From the human T2T-CHM13v2.0 reference genome, Homo sapiens, in assembly GCF_009914755.1 (NCBI RefSeq), contig NC_060936.1: a DNA stretch of 64,000 nucleotides. One strand, given 5' to 3'. The notes under the pieces are model-generated. The model saw only the letters and a program-made list of their open reading frames with translations, ran no database searches and was not told the origin of the DNA. Shown here in pieces: positions 1-13,499 of this stretch; position 1 is the stretch's first letter, and every line of letters begins with the position of its first letter. Position numbers and translations under genes: made by a program.

Positions 1-707
1 TTCCAGACATTATGAGATACACACACATTGACATTCTGCACACTTCATGTGTTTCTGTCTGGCTCTTTCATTTTAGGGACTAATACCGTCAAGGACACAC
101 ACCTTCCAGTATTCCTGCCTCAACGCTCAATCAATTGAATTGGCTCTGCTGAGGTCACCCTACTCCACTTTTACTGACAGATCAAATAAATATTTTCAGT
201 CCTGTTTGGGCACTGTTGATAATTGCCTGATAGAAACTGGACTTCTATTAATCCAGGCTCTCTGGGACAAAAAAATCATACAATCGATGCAATTAATTTT
301 TATTTCATTGCACGCACATACAGCCATATCATTACCAGAATAAAAACCAGTCATTCAGTGCACTCAGGAGTAGAAAAGGAGAAACACTGACAACAAAATT
401 TACGTGGTTTTGTTTAAATTACATAAAGACTGAGAAAAAACTTTTAGGCCTTTGAACATTCAGTACCAAATTCAGTTCCACATTCTTTAAATTTCCTTAG
501 AGAAATTAAATGACATTTTAAAATGGCTGTTCTTGTCTTATTACTTAATAAATCCTAAATAATAGAACACATAAAATGTCAATTATTATAAAACATTACT
601 ATAGTTCAATTCCAACATATTCTAAAGCATCATACAATTGATACCATTAATTTTGTCACACATACATATGTCCATGTGATTAACAGAATAAGTAAAATTC
701 TCTCGCC

Positions 708-713
<6 letters not shown>

Positions 714-740
<27 letters not shown>
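714..740. repeat. (CA)n microsatellite
   Basis: Uninterrupted CA run visible in sequence. Confidence 0.95.
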
Positions 741-743
<3 letters not shown>

Positions 744-1723
744 GAGAGAGACACACACAAATGCCACACACTTATTCCAGTAAAAAGATCTTATTATCTC
801 CCTTTTGAATCCTTTTTTTCTTTGAATATAATTAACTCACCTCCTTTCATTAACTCAACTTATTTCAATAATCCATTGCTGTGAGTTTTGTTTTTAAAGC
901 TTTGAACAACTGGCCTTATAAAAGCCTTTTATTAAATTTCTCTGCCCCTTTAGCATTCCTTTTGATATTTAAAATGTATTCTTGCTTTCCAGCAACATCA
1001 GCAAGTTGCTGCCACCTTCTGAATTTATTTTTGCCCCAAGACTTGGAACCAGCCAGTTTCCAATGAGTCCTGGATTCTTCCAGCTGAGTTAGTTTTAGAG
1101 ACCAGGATCTCGGGATCCTGGTTGTCCAATGGGTTGTTATTATTCTTTGGCAATGTTTAGATATTGATTTTGGTTAAAGGTTGACCTTGATAATTCAGAT
1201 TTAAGGTAGTAGATTTATACCCAACTCTTCTTTATTTCTTGTGGTTTTCTCAGCCACCAGGCATCTCTCTGACTTCAGTTGCCATCCTCTTACTCCTGCA
1301 TGGTTCCCTGGCCTCTGCCTGCCCTCTGCATGAGCCTGTTTCCTGAGGGCTGGTTTGTTTTTTGGTTGATTAGTTGGTTGGCTGTTTTTTTTCTCAGCCA
1401 ACTGGTCTTTTCAATCCACACACTCTCCTTTGATATCTCACCCATTTTTATAATTTTTTGTTTGTTTGTTCCAGGTACTGTCCCTAGGCTGATGACTGTC
1501 ACATTTTTAGTGGGGCCAAAACTTTCCTCCAAGATTCAGATGTGTGTCACCAACTAGAGAGCAGGCTTGGAATTTAAAAATAAAGTTTTCAGTAAGTTGA
1601 GATGTTTTGCTTCGCATAGACAAATTATCACTTTGACAGAAATATTTTGCTTACTCAAACCTTTGTATTGCTAGAAAAAGAGATTTTTAAAAAATCCCAG
1701 TAAAGTCAAGAAGAAAGAAAAAA

Positions 1724-1780
1724 AGGAAGGAAGGAGGGAAGGAAGGAAGGAAGGAAGGAAGGAAGGAAAGAAGGAAAGAA
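1724..1780. repeat. (GGAA)n tetranucleotide repeat
   Basis: ggaaggaagg... run with a few interruptions. Confidence 0.9.
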
Positions 1781-3921
1781 GCGTTTAGTAGGATGACCCG
1801 CTAAAACACCATTTCAATGCCCTTTCCAATGAGAAAAGTTGATGCTGAAATTGTAATATTTGGTTACAGAGGAAGCCACAGATCCAAATTCAAACTTAAT
1901 GATAAAGTGTTTTTTGGGCAAACTACTTAAACTCTCTAATCTTCAGTTTTCTTTCCTATAAAGTGATGATGCTAACATATGTGAAGTTATAAAACAAATA
2001 TGAATAAACCTAACAAAACACCTGGCCCTTAGAAAGCATGCAACCCATCTTTGTTAAGGTAATCAGGGAATGAATTCATTGTTGACATACACCCAGGAAG
2101 TGGTGGTTATTGGACTAGAAGACCCTCTTTATAACTGGATGTTGCTCTGATGAGTTTAAAGCCTTAAATGGCCATTGAGAAAGATTGGTGATGAGATGTA
2201 ATTACATGTGAATGGCATTTTTGATAGTCCAAAATGTAAAGGCTGCATTACTTATGATTTGCTCAAAACAGTATATTTAATCAGTGTACTTTAGCCCCTA
2301 AAATATTATAAATGCAAAAATATTTCTTTTATGTGTGCTGACAAGGCTAAATATTAGAAAAATGTTTTTTAAAATCAGATTTTACTCACACAATTAGTTT
2401 TTATTTTTATTTTTCATGATCACATAAATAATAGTATGGGTACTACTAGGTGATTAAAATTAAAACTAGAATATCTCTGTAATTAGACCCATTGTTCTGC
2501 CTTCCACTGCTTTCCAGAGCTTTAAAGGGTACAGTTCTAGGAAAAATAGTAGGAAGAGCTAATTTTTCCAGTGAGTATTGAATATACGAAAACACATTGT
2601 CTTTAAAGTTTGTACTGCTAAGGTTTGAATTTAGCAAAATAGGGATTTAGATAAATGAATGAGGATATGCAAGGAAATGTCCTTAAGTGCATTTCAGAAA
2701 ACATTTAAGAAGTTTGTTTCAAGAATGTTCTACTGGCGAGTCCTCAGCTTCTTGCTGTGACTGCAGTCTAAGGCTGTGCTAGACACTGTCAACATGTCGA
2801 GATCCATGGAACATGTGATATTCATGAAATAATAGAAATGAAGGTCAGATTTAAACTTCAATCAATAGCCAGTATTGATCCTCATGGATATTTCTGAGAA
2901 GAGAAAATTTCTACTTTCTCTATGAGGGTAGTAAAAGGTCACCTTTTTCTGAATGAGAAAAAATAAATTCCCAGTGGGCTTTGTATTTTCAGTGGAGGGG
3001 CTTCTATATGCCCCTTTCTGCTTGCTTTGACTTTGGCCATGTGGAAGAGAGATGAGGCAGCACTTCCAGGGGATCCTTCAATCAACCTATGGTAATGTCA
3101 CAGCTAAACATGAAGCATTGAACCAGGGAGGGGTCCCCCAAAAGCTCAGAGAGTAACAGATGATATAAACACCTGTGCCTCTGGGGGAAAGGTAAGGCAG
3201 GAGAATGTGAGCAGAGATTCTGGGTAGTACACCCCTGAGAGGCTTTCAATATTAAAACAAATAAATAACAGAAAGGTTAAAATATGTATTTTCTACCTTT
3301 AAAACCATAATAGAAAATGAAATTGAGAATTAGTAAAAAAAAGTACCAAACCTGACAAGATTTTATTTTCATTGCTTTTCCCTTTTTGGAAAGCTTTCTC
3401 TGAACATAATATTGAACTTAAGGCTTAGCACTGTTAAGTTCATTTTTTTAAAATGATAATTCTATCACCTAAATTATTGAAAAGTAGAAAGACCTGGGAA
3501 CAAAACTACATATAATGAGCACAAAATCTGGAGTCTGAGGGTCTCCCGTGTTGATTTAAGATTTGTTTCATAAAGAGTTGTTTAATGAGGCTAATCCCTC
3601 ACCAGGGTCTTGGGCAGATTAAATAAGTTACCTGTGATGGAGTAAACATGGATACATCTCAGCTAATATTGCTATTATTGACACTGAGAAAAATGCTAAC
3701 GCTGGGGGCAGATGGCTGTTGATTCTGGCTCTGCCACTAAGGCTTTGTCACCAGTTATAGTACAGTGTCGTGTCGTTTCCTCTTCTCCCAGGAATGAGCC
3801 ATCCATTGCTGGGTTAAACTCCAAGAGTAAGTATAGATAAAACCAAGCTAATCTGTTGTTGTATAACTACAAAATTAAATGAATTAAAGAGAAGCTCAAG
3901 CAACATAGGTAAACTTATCTT

Positions 3922-4136
3922 TTTTTATTTCTTTTTGAGATGGAGTCTCATTCTGTTGCCTAGGCTGGAGTACAGTGGTGTGATCTCAGCTCACTGCAAC
4001 CTCTGCCTCTGGGTTCAAGCAATTCTGTGCTTCAGCCTGCCGAGTAGCTGGGATTACAGGCACCCTTCACCATGCCCGGCTAATTTTTTTTTGTATTTTT
4101 AGTAGACACGAGGTTTCACCATCTTGCCCAGGCTGT
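3922..4136 (-). mobile_element. 5'-truncated Alu (AluS-type) with 13-bp TSD
   Basis: T-rich tail, antisense Alu right arm and part of left arm; GTAAACTTATCTT duplicated at 3909-3921 and 4137-4149. Confidence 0.93.
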
Positions 4137-6408
4137 GTAAACTTATCTTACTCTTCCCCAGTATCTGTCTATGCTCCTGGGATCTCAAAACCTAGACTAA
4201 GTTTAGTCTAAATAAACATGCCTTCTCTCTTGACTGGTGTACACAGAGCCTCTTGTACAGTTGTTCCATGCAGAGTTCATAAGTGAATAACTTAAATATC
4301 TTTAATAAAAGTACTAGCTGATTTTTATTGAGCACTTAGCATATGTCAGACACTGTTCTGCTATTGAGCAAAGATTGTCTCATTGCATTAGCACAAGAAT
4401 TTTGGAGAGTGTAACAAAGTAGACTCTATTCAGTCTATATATGGTAGCTACTGAGCATACTAATACATAATAAATTAACAAGGGGTTATGAAGCATTACC
4501 ATATGCACTTTGTCGTTTACAGATTCTTAATACTTGAATTAAAAGGAGAATGGTCATTAAACAGAAACTGCTGCTAAAAGTGACAAGCAACTTAGCAATA
4601 CACATTAGGAGCAAAGATTATAATTTATGCAGCATATTTTCATATACAGGCAAATCTGAGATAGAAGGAAAAACAAATGGCTTGGAATAAAACAAAATCC
4701 TTAAAATGTGTAAGTCTCTGACCTCAGATAGAACTTCAGTATGAACCAGCTGCAGAACAGCATCTTGGGGCCAGTGGGTTGGGGAGGTTTACTGTTGATT
4801 TGCTATTATTCTGTGAGTTGGGTTGTATTCACACTTGTGCCTCATAAGGCAGGAACTGACTCACTAAAATAAAATAAAATAAAAAATAAGCCAATTCGTG
4901 TCCTTGTAAAATGAGAGTAAGCATACCCAATAAGCAACACTGCCCTCATGGTATTTTATGGCAACTAAGTATATATTAAGTAGGTTAAATCTTCAGGCAA
5001 CCCACAGGGAGCAGTGCTCTTGTTGGGGAGGAAAGTGAAATGACATACTTAGTGAAGGTGTGACCCTACAACCTGCTACTGTCAGTGAGACCCCAGTCAG
5101 TGTGGACCACAAACCACCTAGAGACATCTTGCCTGCTGGGAGGCCTATCAACTGGTGGTCACGGCTGCCTCTTTACCTACTTTTCCATGAATCCAGAGGC
5201 CATAAATGATTCTGGCACACTCCCTAGCTCCTTGTGTTATTTCTGGAAAGCCACCTTTGCACCTGCCTCTCATGACTGACGTCCTCCACCCAGGCAGCCT
5301 CAGTCTTCTGCTTGGGCCTTGGGTCTGCTAGGATCTGAGTGGCAACCTCTTGACATGCCCCAAATTTCATTATTAGTAATCTTTTAGATTAAGCGTTGCC
5401 TCCTCTAGTCCTCTTTTTCTACTTCTCAGAAGCAGTAAGAAGATTGCTTCTTATGTAGTAGGATCTGTTGACCACTCATTATTTCTAGAAAACTTAACCT
5501 TTTCACAAGGGTTCCAATACCTCTTTGAACCTCCTCTTCAGGCTGAGAACAGCTGAGAGCCAAACTTCCTTCAAGGAATTTCCACAGACGAAACATCCTC
5601 CGTTTTATGTGGGAAATTGGGACAATAAACACCCATGGGAGAGCATGCTGCAGGCTGGCCTGACATTGAGGATAACAGCTCCATTAAAATCCATCTCTTA
5701 TGTCTTACATTATGGCTTTCTGAGGGGTTAAATGACTTGAGGTCCTCTAAAGACTTTCTTTATTCAGTGGTGTTTCTTCTCCCTCCTGGCAATGAAATTC
5801 TAACAGTGACATCCTATCCACCATCCATAGGAATTACAGATTTGCCTCTTACCTGAGCACAGACACCACTGCTGAAAGAGTTTAAGTGGGTGAAATGGGA
5901 AAATACCAATACAAAGCCATAAAGCAATGGCTGAAATACTAGTGGTTGATATACTCTCCTCAAAGGGCAGAGTATGGTTATGACACTAGGAGACCTTAAA
6001 TGCGTAATTATGTCTCTAATCTTAGGCTTCCTAGTGTCAACTATCAGCCACCCCAGAAATACCATCAGACAAACATGTTGATGAAGTAGAGCTGAGTTTT
6101 TTATAATTGTGGCAGCAAGAAAACCTCACCTTGATTGAGTATTGGTAATCTCTCAAAAAGGGAATGGTAAGGGAAGATATGTGTCAGGTCCTGGGTCTTG
6201 TGGTACAACAAATGACTGGTGATCTGCGACCTTGGAGGAAAACACTGTCTGTGTTGAATTTATTGAGCCATTTTGACCATGCCTAATTTTCATGCTCGTG
6301 CGGTCTTTAGAAGCACACAGCAGCATAAGGTGTGACCTCTCTGATTTTCCACTTTGTCCAGGAAGCTCCTTCTGTCAATTTTTTTCACAAGGAATAAAAG
6401 CATTTTTA

Positions 6409-6769
<361 letters not shown>

Positions 6770-7559
6770 TTATTTATCCTTCTTGTGCCCTAGAAGAGCT
6801 GTTTTTGTTTTCACAGCAGAAGACTAGAAAGGGAAATGCTTAAAGATCTTGTTAGTAGTGGGACTTCAGGCATCTTAAGAGAAGACTGCTCAGCTCACAT
6901 ACATACAAGACCTAAGCCTCAAGCCAAGGCTGCAGGATGGAGGACACCAATCACGGGGCCATCTGCAAAAGGTGGCTTTGGTGGATTAATTGATTGGAAG
7001 TGGCTCTTTCCATTCCCCTGTTCCTTATTTCTCTTTCTCCCACAGACGTGTGAAAGAAATATATTTCCCCATAAGATTTCCTCAAGCAGAGAACTGGCTG
7101 TCTCCAATTTCTCAGGGGCATGTTCTTAGCACTTACACAGAAGCATGACTCTTTTCTATTGGAAAATTCACAGGGCCATATACAAGTAAAACAATTTTGA
7201 ATTCAAAAAAGCCCCTTAGAATGAATCTTAGACGCATAAACAAACCTGTTTTGTTTGTTTTACTTGTATATGGGCCTTTTTTTGTATATGTTTGTTGTTT
7301 ACAACAAACAGATCTTCAGAATAATATAAACTTTGGATTCTGATGGCCGTCTACCCAAAAAAGTGGGGGCTGTAGGATGCAGCATTGTGTGCAGTGTCAG
7401 AGGCTAAGTTGATAGATTCAGAATCAGAAGTTTTCTTTTCTGCTCCTTATGGCTACCAGCTGTTCATAGAAGAGCCCCAGCTGAGAATCAGGTCATCTTT
7501 AGGGCTCTCGACACGAGTGGAAAGGAAGGTGGTGAAGGCAGGGACTGACATTTTTGCTT

Positions 7560-8160
7560 GTCCACCCATGTAGGAATTTTCTTGCTGATAGAATCCTGAT
7601 GTGACTGCAGTGCAACATACCCACCCACAGTACATAGATTTTGATTGGCCACAGCCCACTCCCAGTACATAGATTGTGATTGGCCACAGCCCAGCCACAG
7701 TACATAGATTGTGATTGGCCACAGCCCACGCACAGAACATAGATTGTGATTGGCCACAGATGAAAATCATGGCCATCAAGATCCCCTTTATCAGTCACTG
7801 GTTTTCTTGGCTTCTCTTCAGCAAAACGGGGAGTGTCTGCTGGGGAAATCTCTAAGATGAAAGCCACTTTGTCACCTTCTTCCTTCCTGCTTGGGACACA
7901 CATGTAATGCTTGGCACTGCTCCCCCCATCTTGTCACCATGAGATGACAGCCAAGAGGAGAAAAAGCCAAAACAGAGAGGATGACAGTGAAGAAAGAGGA
8001 AAAGTGGTTAAACCTCACATGACATCATGGAAACCTGAACAAAGGCACAGAACCACAGATTTCCCAATTCTTGCGAAGGAAGCAATTCATGTTCCTTCTG
8101 GGTGAAGCTGCTGCTGGTTGGGTATTTATCCTTCTAGAGCTGAAGCATCCTGAGTAATGC
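7560..8160 (+). mobile_element. Old MaLR/ERVL LTR remnant (MLT1J/K/L- or LTR33-like) hosting the minisatellite
   Basis: gtgattgg box, ccatcttgtcaccatgag and a 3' end ...gctgaagcatcctgagtaatgca resembling MLT1-class consensus; subfamily and edges uncertain. Confidence 0.55.
7620..7759. repeat. Minisatellite, 4 x 35 bp
   Basis: Units start at 7620, 7655, 7690 and 7725: cccaNNcacagtacatagattgtgattggccacag. Confidence 0.97.
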
Positions 8161-8496
8161 AGGTACTATTTTACCTTCATTTTATTTTAACCATGCAAGT
8201 AATATTTAATAATTGGCCAAAACATAAAAAGGATAAAAAGAAAACCCCAATCAACTATAATCTCATAATGTTTAAGTATTGCATTGTTTCTATTCTGATG
8301 GTTCACAATTCATGTTTTATTAATCCTCTTCTCCATGACAAAGCAGGAAATATGCTTAGTCTCTGGCCTATCTCCTCAATTCCTCTCCTCTCTGAATTCT
8401 CCAACTCCAAAATTAGAAAGCACATCACCTTAAAACAAACCCAACAGCCTAACTTTTTAAATCCTCTTCTGATGGATGTTACCCAGCATGGTGCTA

Positions 8497-8988
8497 CGTG
8501 GGGGTCTTCCCACAGACCCTGACCCAACGACGGATTAATGAAGTACACTGACACACAGATATTTTGTTTTGCCAGTCCGGCTGAGTGTCTGAGCCGCTTA
8601 CAGACTCCAAGCAGAGTGCTGTAAACAGTTGCGACCGCGGCCTCGACTTGCAAGGGAGACCCGCATTTATTCAATAAAGATTAATTGACAAAGGCTTGAG
8701 TCAACACCACTAGAGGGTAATTGACATTGTGGACTTCCAGAGTAGAAAGCAATTAAGCACCCACAGTAGATCAAAGGTTAGTCTTAGGACCACACGAGTA
8801 AACAAGCTACATAGATAACTTCCCCATATTCCTTTGTTACTACTCTAATTTATTTAACTAAAGGTAAAGTGACCAGGCCACCTGCAGCCAGATCTATTAC
8901 CAAAGTTATGCAAACTCTCAGGCCTTCCAAGAGGGTTTGTGGCTATTATAACCAATACTTTTCCCACCAGCCTGACTGAACTCCTACA
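8497..8988 (-). mobile_element. Solo LTR22 (HERV-K HML-5) with 6-bp TSD
   Basis: Minus strand starts tgtaggagttcagtcaggctggtgggaaaa; perfect GTGCTA duplication at 8491-8496 and 8989-8994, a 6-bp TSD typical of ERVK. Confidence 0.85.
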
Positions 8989-9554
8989 GTGCTAATGTTC
9001 CGGTAGCATCCAGCACCCAGAGGCCATGCAGTAGCTGTTTGCAGATTGATTAAGTAGCACATTGGATTGTCAGTTGTTTCTAAGAGTAAGGCTGGAGTTT
9101 GCTTACACTTACAGAAAGTCACTTCTTTATCTCGAGTTGCTAGCACAATCTCTTTAGAGGGTCGGCATGCTGAAAGGACCACAGTTTAATAGCCAGATAA
9201 TCCAGTCACACTGACAGGCAAACCTTCAGAAAGACAAAAATCTCCTGGTGCTAGGAGTTAGCTCTGAATAGCAATTAATGCCCATGCAGGAGGCTTTTCA
9301 GAGACCTGTGAACTATACAAAGGAATGAGGCTCTGTGCTGATAAGAGGGTGCTTTCTTGTCAATACCACTGATAATCAGGTGGCCTTGCCAGAAAGTTGA
9401 GATATACACTGATGTAATTGGGAATATTTGATTTTTAAAAAACATATAAACAAACACAGAAGAATTAAAAATGAATTTTAAAGAATTGCCTTTGAGATGC
9501 TTCAAGATGCTTTTGATGACAATCAAACTCAAAATATGTTACTACCAAAAGACA

Positions 9555-9712
9555 TCCAATCCTTTTAATATAAATTCACCAATCTATATGATCAAGCCAC
9601 ATCCTATGACCTCATTTATTCTAATTACTTCCTTAGAAGCATCATCTCAAAATACAGCCACGGGGGGAGGGTGGAGGTTAAGGCTTCGACATATGAATTG
9701 TGGGGAAATGCA
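9555..9712 (-). mobile_element. MLT1A/B-like LTR fragment
   Basis: cctatgacctcattt...caaaatacagccac...ttaaggcttcgacatatgaattgtgggg matches antisense MLT1 5' end. Confidence 0.6.
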
Positions 9713-10157
9713 ACAGGTTGCAGATAACATTGAATCATCAGAAATCTTGTTGTGACTAAGCATTGATGAAAACCAAATCCTTAATTGATAGTTTTATACC
9801 TCTGATGATTGGAGGGATAATTATAGACAAATTTCTCCCTCCATTCATTTCAAAACTTGTTTCTTCTGCACTATCCACATCAGGCTCACTTCTAGAACAA
9901 GCTCATATTAGGAAATAAACCCTGACCCAGCACCTTTGAGTGGGTTGACACGGTGGGGAAGAATTACTCCTGGAAGTTCTTCCTACAGCAAGACAGCTAC
10001 CATAACTATACTGAGAATTGAGTTCGGCCATGCAAACACATCCCACTAAACCCAGACAAATGCACACACAACTCAAAGAACCCTTAGCCACATGGCAAGC
10101 ATGCCTGCAGCCCCTGGACCATCATGCAACTTGGGATGCATGACAGAGGAGAGATTA

Positions 10158-10547
10158 TTAGGTTGGTGCAAAAGTCACTGGCCAGGCGCAGTGGCTCACG
10201 CCTGTAATCCCAGCACTTTGGGAGGCCGAGGCGGGCAGATCACGAGGTCAGGAGATCGAGACCATCCTGGTTAACACAGAGAAACCCTGTCTCTACTAAA
10301 AATACAAAAAATTAGCCGGGTGTGATGGCGGGCACCTGTAGTCCCAGCTACTCAGAAGAATGGCATGAACCTGGGAGGCAGAGCTTGCAGTGAGCTGAGA
10401 TCACGCCACTGCACTTGAGCCTGGGTGACAGAGCGAGACTCCATCTCAAAACAAAACAAAACAAAGCAAACAAACAAAAAAAAGTCATTAAGATTTTTGC
10501 CATTGAACGTAATTACAAAAACCACAATGACTTTTGCATCAACCTCA
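10158..10547. mobile_element. MADE1 (Hsmar1-derived MITE) split by an AluY
   Basis: Left TIR ttaggttggtgcaaaagtca (10158-10177); remainder ...tttttgccatt...aaaaaccacaatgacttttgcatcaacct resumes at 10480. Confidence 0.9.
10180..10479 (+). mobile_element. AluY with ~12-bp internal deletion in right arm
   Basis: gatcacgaggtcaggagatcgagaccatcctgg, gaatggcatgaacc and gagcttgcagt are Y diagnostics; TSD AAAAGTCA(C/T)T at 10170-10179 and 10480-10489. Confidence 0.9.
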
Positions 10548-10999
10548 TTGAACAAAGGTCTTGATGGACTGTGATAATTAAAGCATCTTTTGCATGTCAC
10601 AGTGTGAACACATGACCAGCACTTCTTCCTGAGGACTGAGAGATAGATCTAAGCCAGTGAAGGCTTCTGCAGCTCATTAGTTTTATGGAAAATCTGCTTC
10701 TTTCCAGGACTGGGGACCTCTGGAAGCTGCACACAGAGCCCTTCCTTCTCCCTCTCTTCCTCCAGAGGTCCTGCCGAGATCAGGTTGGAGGTCCTCTTTG
10801 TTCTTATGCCCATTCCTCCCCCAGGCACTTGGAGGAGGGCACTGTTTTTGAGTGTGCAAGTCTTTCTCTGTTACTGTTGGTAAGCAAAAGATCTTACCAA
10901 AGCTTTACAACCATATGCCATTTATCTCCTCAAAAACCCTACTTAGGTTTTGAGAAAAGCATGTTAGCATAGTGAGGCATCGTAGTGTTGTAAAACCCT

Positions 11000-11235
11000 A
11001 CAGTGGAGTGACACAGAGCCTGGACTTCGGAGCCAGACTTCTTTGTTCAAACTCTGCCTCTACCCCTTACTACCTGTACACACCTGGGCAACTTCGTTAA
11101 CCTCTCTGTGCCTCATTTTCCCATTCTGTAGCATAGGGACGATGTAGAACTGCTGTAAGAGTTAAATGAGTTAAGAACAAAGAACTTGGAATAACACCCA
11201 GCACATGCTAACTGTGTACGTGGTAGCTATCATTG
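11000..11235 (+). mobile_element. MIR
   Basis: ggagccagac...ttcaaactctgcctctacc...ctgggcaa...aacctctctgtgcctcattttcc core. Confidence 0.75.
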
Positions 11236-11627
11236 TCTCCTAAGAACCAGCCCTTTATAAATTAAGTGCCAAAAATTGATAAGGTATTTCTGTTTTCCAC
11301 TCTTCCTCGTACCTTCCATGATGCAATGAACAGGGATCTGACTCTTTCGGGCAGGGAGGGGGTGGAAAAAGGGAAACTACGAGGAGAACCTGAATTAAAA
11401 GATGATAACATCTCAGAATGTTATTTTAGGCACAGATACATGAAAACATTTCAACAGAATTTTTATTATCTGCCCACACATTAAAGTCTCAGGTGCCTTA
11501 AATTCACTTTTATGTGAAAAGTTACTTCCGTGGCTTGTTTTTCCATCTATGAAAAGAAGTAAACAAATTTGCCTGTTGACTACTCTGGTGTCTGGGCTTA
11601 TGGGCAACTCTGAGGATTCTTTGATAG

Positions 11628-11752
11628 GATTCTCTCTCCCTCCCTTGATCCCTCCCTTGTTCTTTCCTTCCTTCTCTTCCTCCTTCTCTTCCTCCCATCT
11701 TCCTCTCTCCACCCTTCCTCCCCTCCCCTCTGTCTCCCTATTTCTTTCTTTT
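11628..11752. repeat. Polypyrimidine/polypurine low-complexity tract
   Basis: ~120 bp almost entirely C/T on the plus strand. Confidence 0.85.
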
Positions 11753-12579
11753 GCTGCTGTTATTTGATATTCATCAAGAACCAGCAATGCTGTTATGAAT
11801 GTACAAAATAGATTCTTCCAAATGGCCTTCTTCCCCTAAGAGATGATAGATTGCTTTTCGCTCCACAGTGCAAATCAGAAATTGAAATAAATGAAGCACG
11901 TCTTGAGCAGTGTCATGGCAAAGGAGTCTGGCTTGTAGAATGTCTGTCTCTGGAAATTTGGAGAGCTGGGAGCAGGAGATGTGATCGTGGTTCACAACTG
12001 CAGGTGAGGCTGGGGCAGCTCTCCCAGGCCTGAAGCATATGCAGGGTTTTCTCTCCTAATAGCAGCATCCTGACTTCCCTATATGCTTTTTGAATTGGTT
12101 TTGCACATTCTTCCCCCAAATTCACATTTTGACTGGTCAGGGATAAACAAGTCAATTCACAGATTCAGGGAAGTTTTAGAGAATGGAAGGGAAGGACACA
12201 TTTTCACTGGAAATTATCAAGCCATTATATTTCCCAGATGTTTACTGAAAACAATGGCATAATTATAGATGCAAGATCAGTTTTCGTTGGATGTACTGTG
12301 TGTCCAAAAGAGACCATAAATTCAACAGTAGTGGAAGGGAACATCCCAGGACACAGTACAGCCAAATCAACTGCACAGTCATTTTCTCTACGATCAATGT
12401 GACTAGGTTGCAATCCCAGAAATGTTTTCAACTCCTGCAATATTTATGGGGATATGGGAGCAGCTATGTCCTTGTTTCTTTGAAATCAGTAAGTAAAGAT
12501 CTGAGACGTTTATACTACCTGAAGAAATCGAGGTCTGTCACTAAAGTCAATTCTTAGGGGTTTCCATTCTCTCATTTAG

Positions 12580-12960
12580 GGTAAAGTTCTATGCTGTAGT
12601 AAATGCACCTCAAGATATGTAATGGTTAGAGCCCCATAGAAGTTCATTTTTCACTCATTGAAAGTCCAGTCTGGTCATTTTTGTTGATGGGTGAGTAGAT
12701 CCACCAAGAACTAATTCAAGAACCTAGGCTTTTTCCATCCTGTGACTTCTCCATCTTTAACAAGCATCTTCTGATTTGCAGCAACAAAGCATGCAGGACT
12801 ACCCATGAGACGTTTTATAGGTCAGGCTGGGAGGTGGTGATATGGCTTCTACTCACCTTTCTCAGTTAAGTCCTAGTCCCTCTGCAAGGGAGGCTGTAAA
12901 TAGAGTATAACTGTGAGCTTGAGAAGAAAAGGAAAGAGGTTCAGTAAATAGCTATTCACC
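12580..12960 (-). mobile_element. MLT1J/K-like LTR remnant
   Basis: tatgctgtagtaaatgcacctcaag...gaagttcatttttcactca...ctgcaagggaggctgtaaatagagt resembles antisense MLT1J/K. Confidence 0.55.
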
Positions 12961-13499
12961 AGATAACTGAATAGCTAGCTAGCTTGTCTTTGCTGTTACA
13001 GCCTTTAAAAAAAAATCATGCACAATGTCTTCCGGTTTAATTAGGGGATGATTTTAAACTTTCAAAGAGACAAGGGAGAGGCATAAATATCTGCAGCCTT
13101 GTTTCTATCTGGGTTATGTTATTGAAAACCACAAAGAGAAAGCTCTGTTCATCATCAGGTTTAGTCATAAGTCATTCTCTATAGCAAGAAAGTTATAAAT
13201 GCTGCATAGAAGAACACACCCATTTTGTTCTCTTAAGATGAGAAAGAAAAGAATATGTAAAATATTTGAAAAAATTAAACTGATACACCAAGTATCTTTC
13301 AAGGCTGGGTTTTCTGTTACTGCCTTTTCTTTATTCTACAATTATGGAAAGCATATTCTTTTAGACAAAGACAATCTCTCCATTGACAAATATGTTAGGA
13401 AAGTTCAAATCTTCAACAGGCCCAACACTGGTGGTGATTCAGAGGGGCTATGCAGCATTTGTATCATTACTGTAATAGCATATTATCATAAGCATGAAA

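Noticed and set aside
7620-7759. CRISPR-like look (constant repeat with variable bases)
   Set aside because: Head-to-tail units with no unique spacers, eukaryotic context, no cas genes
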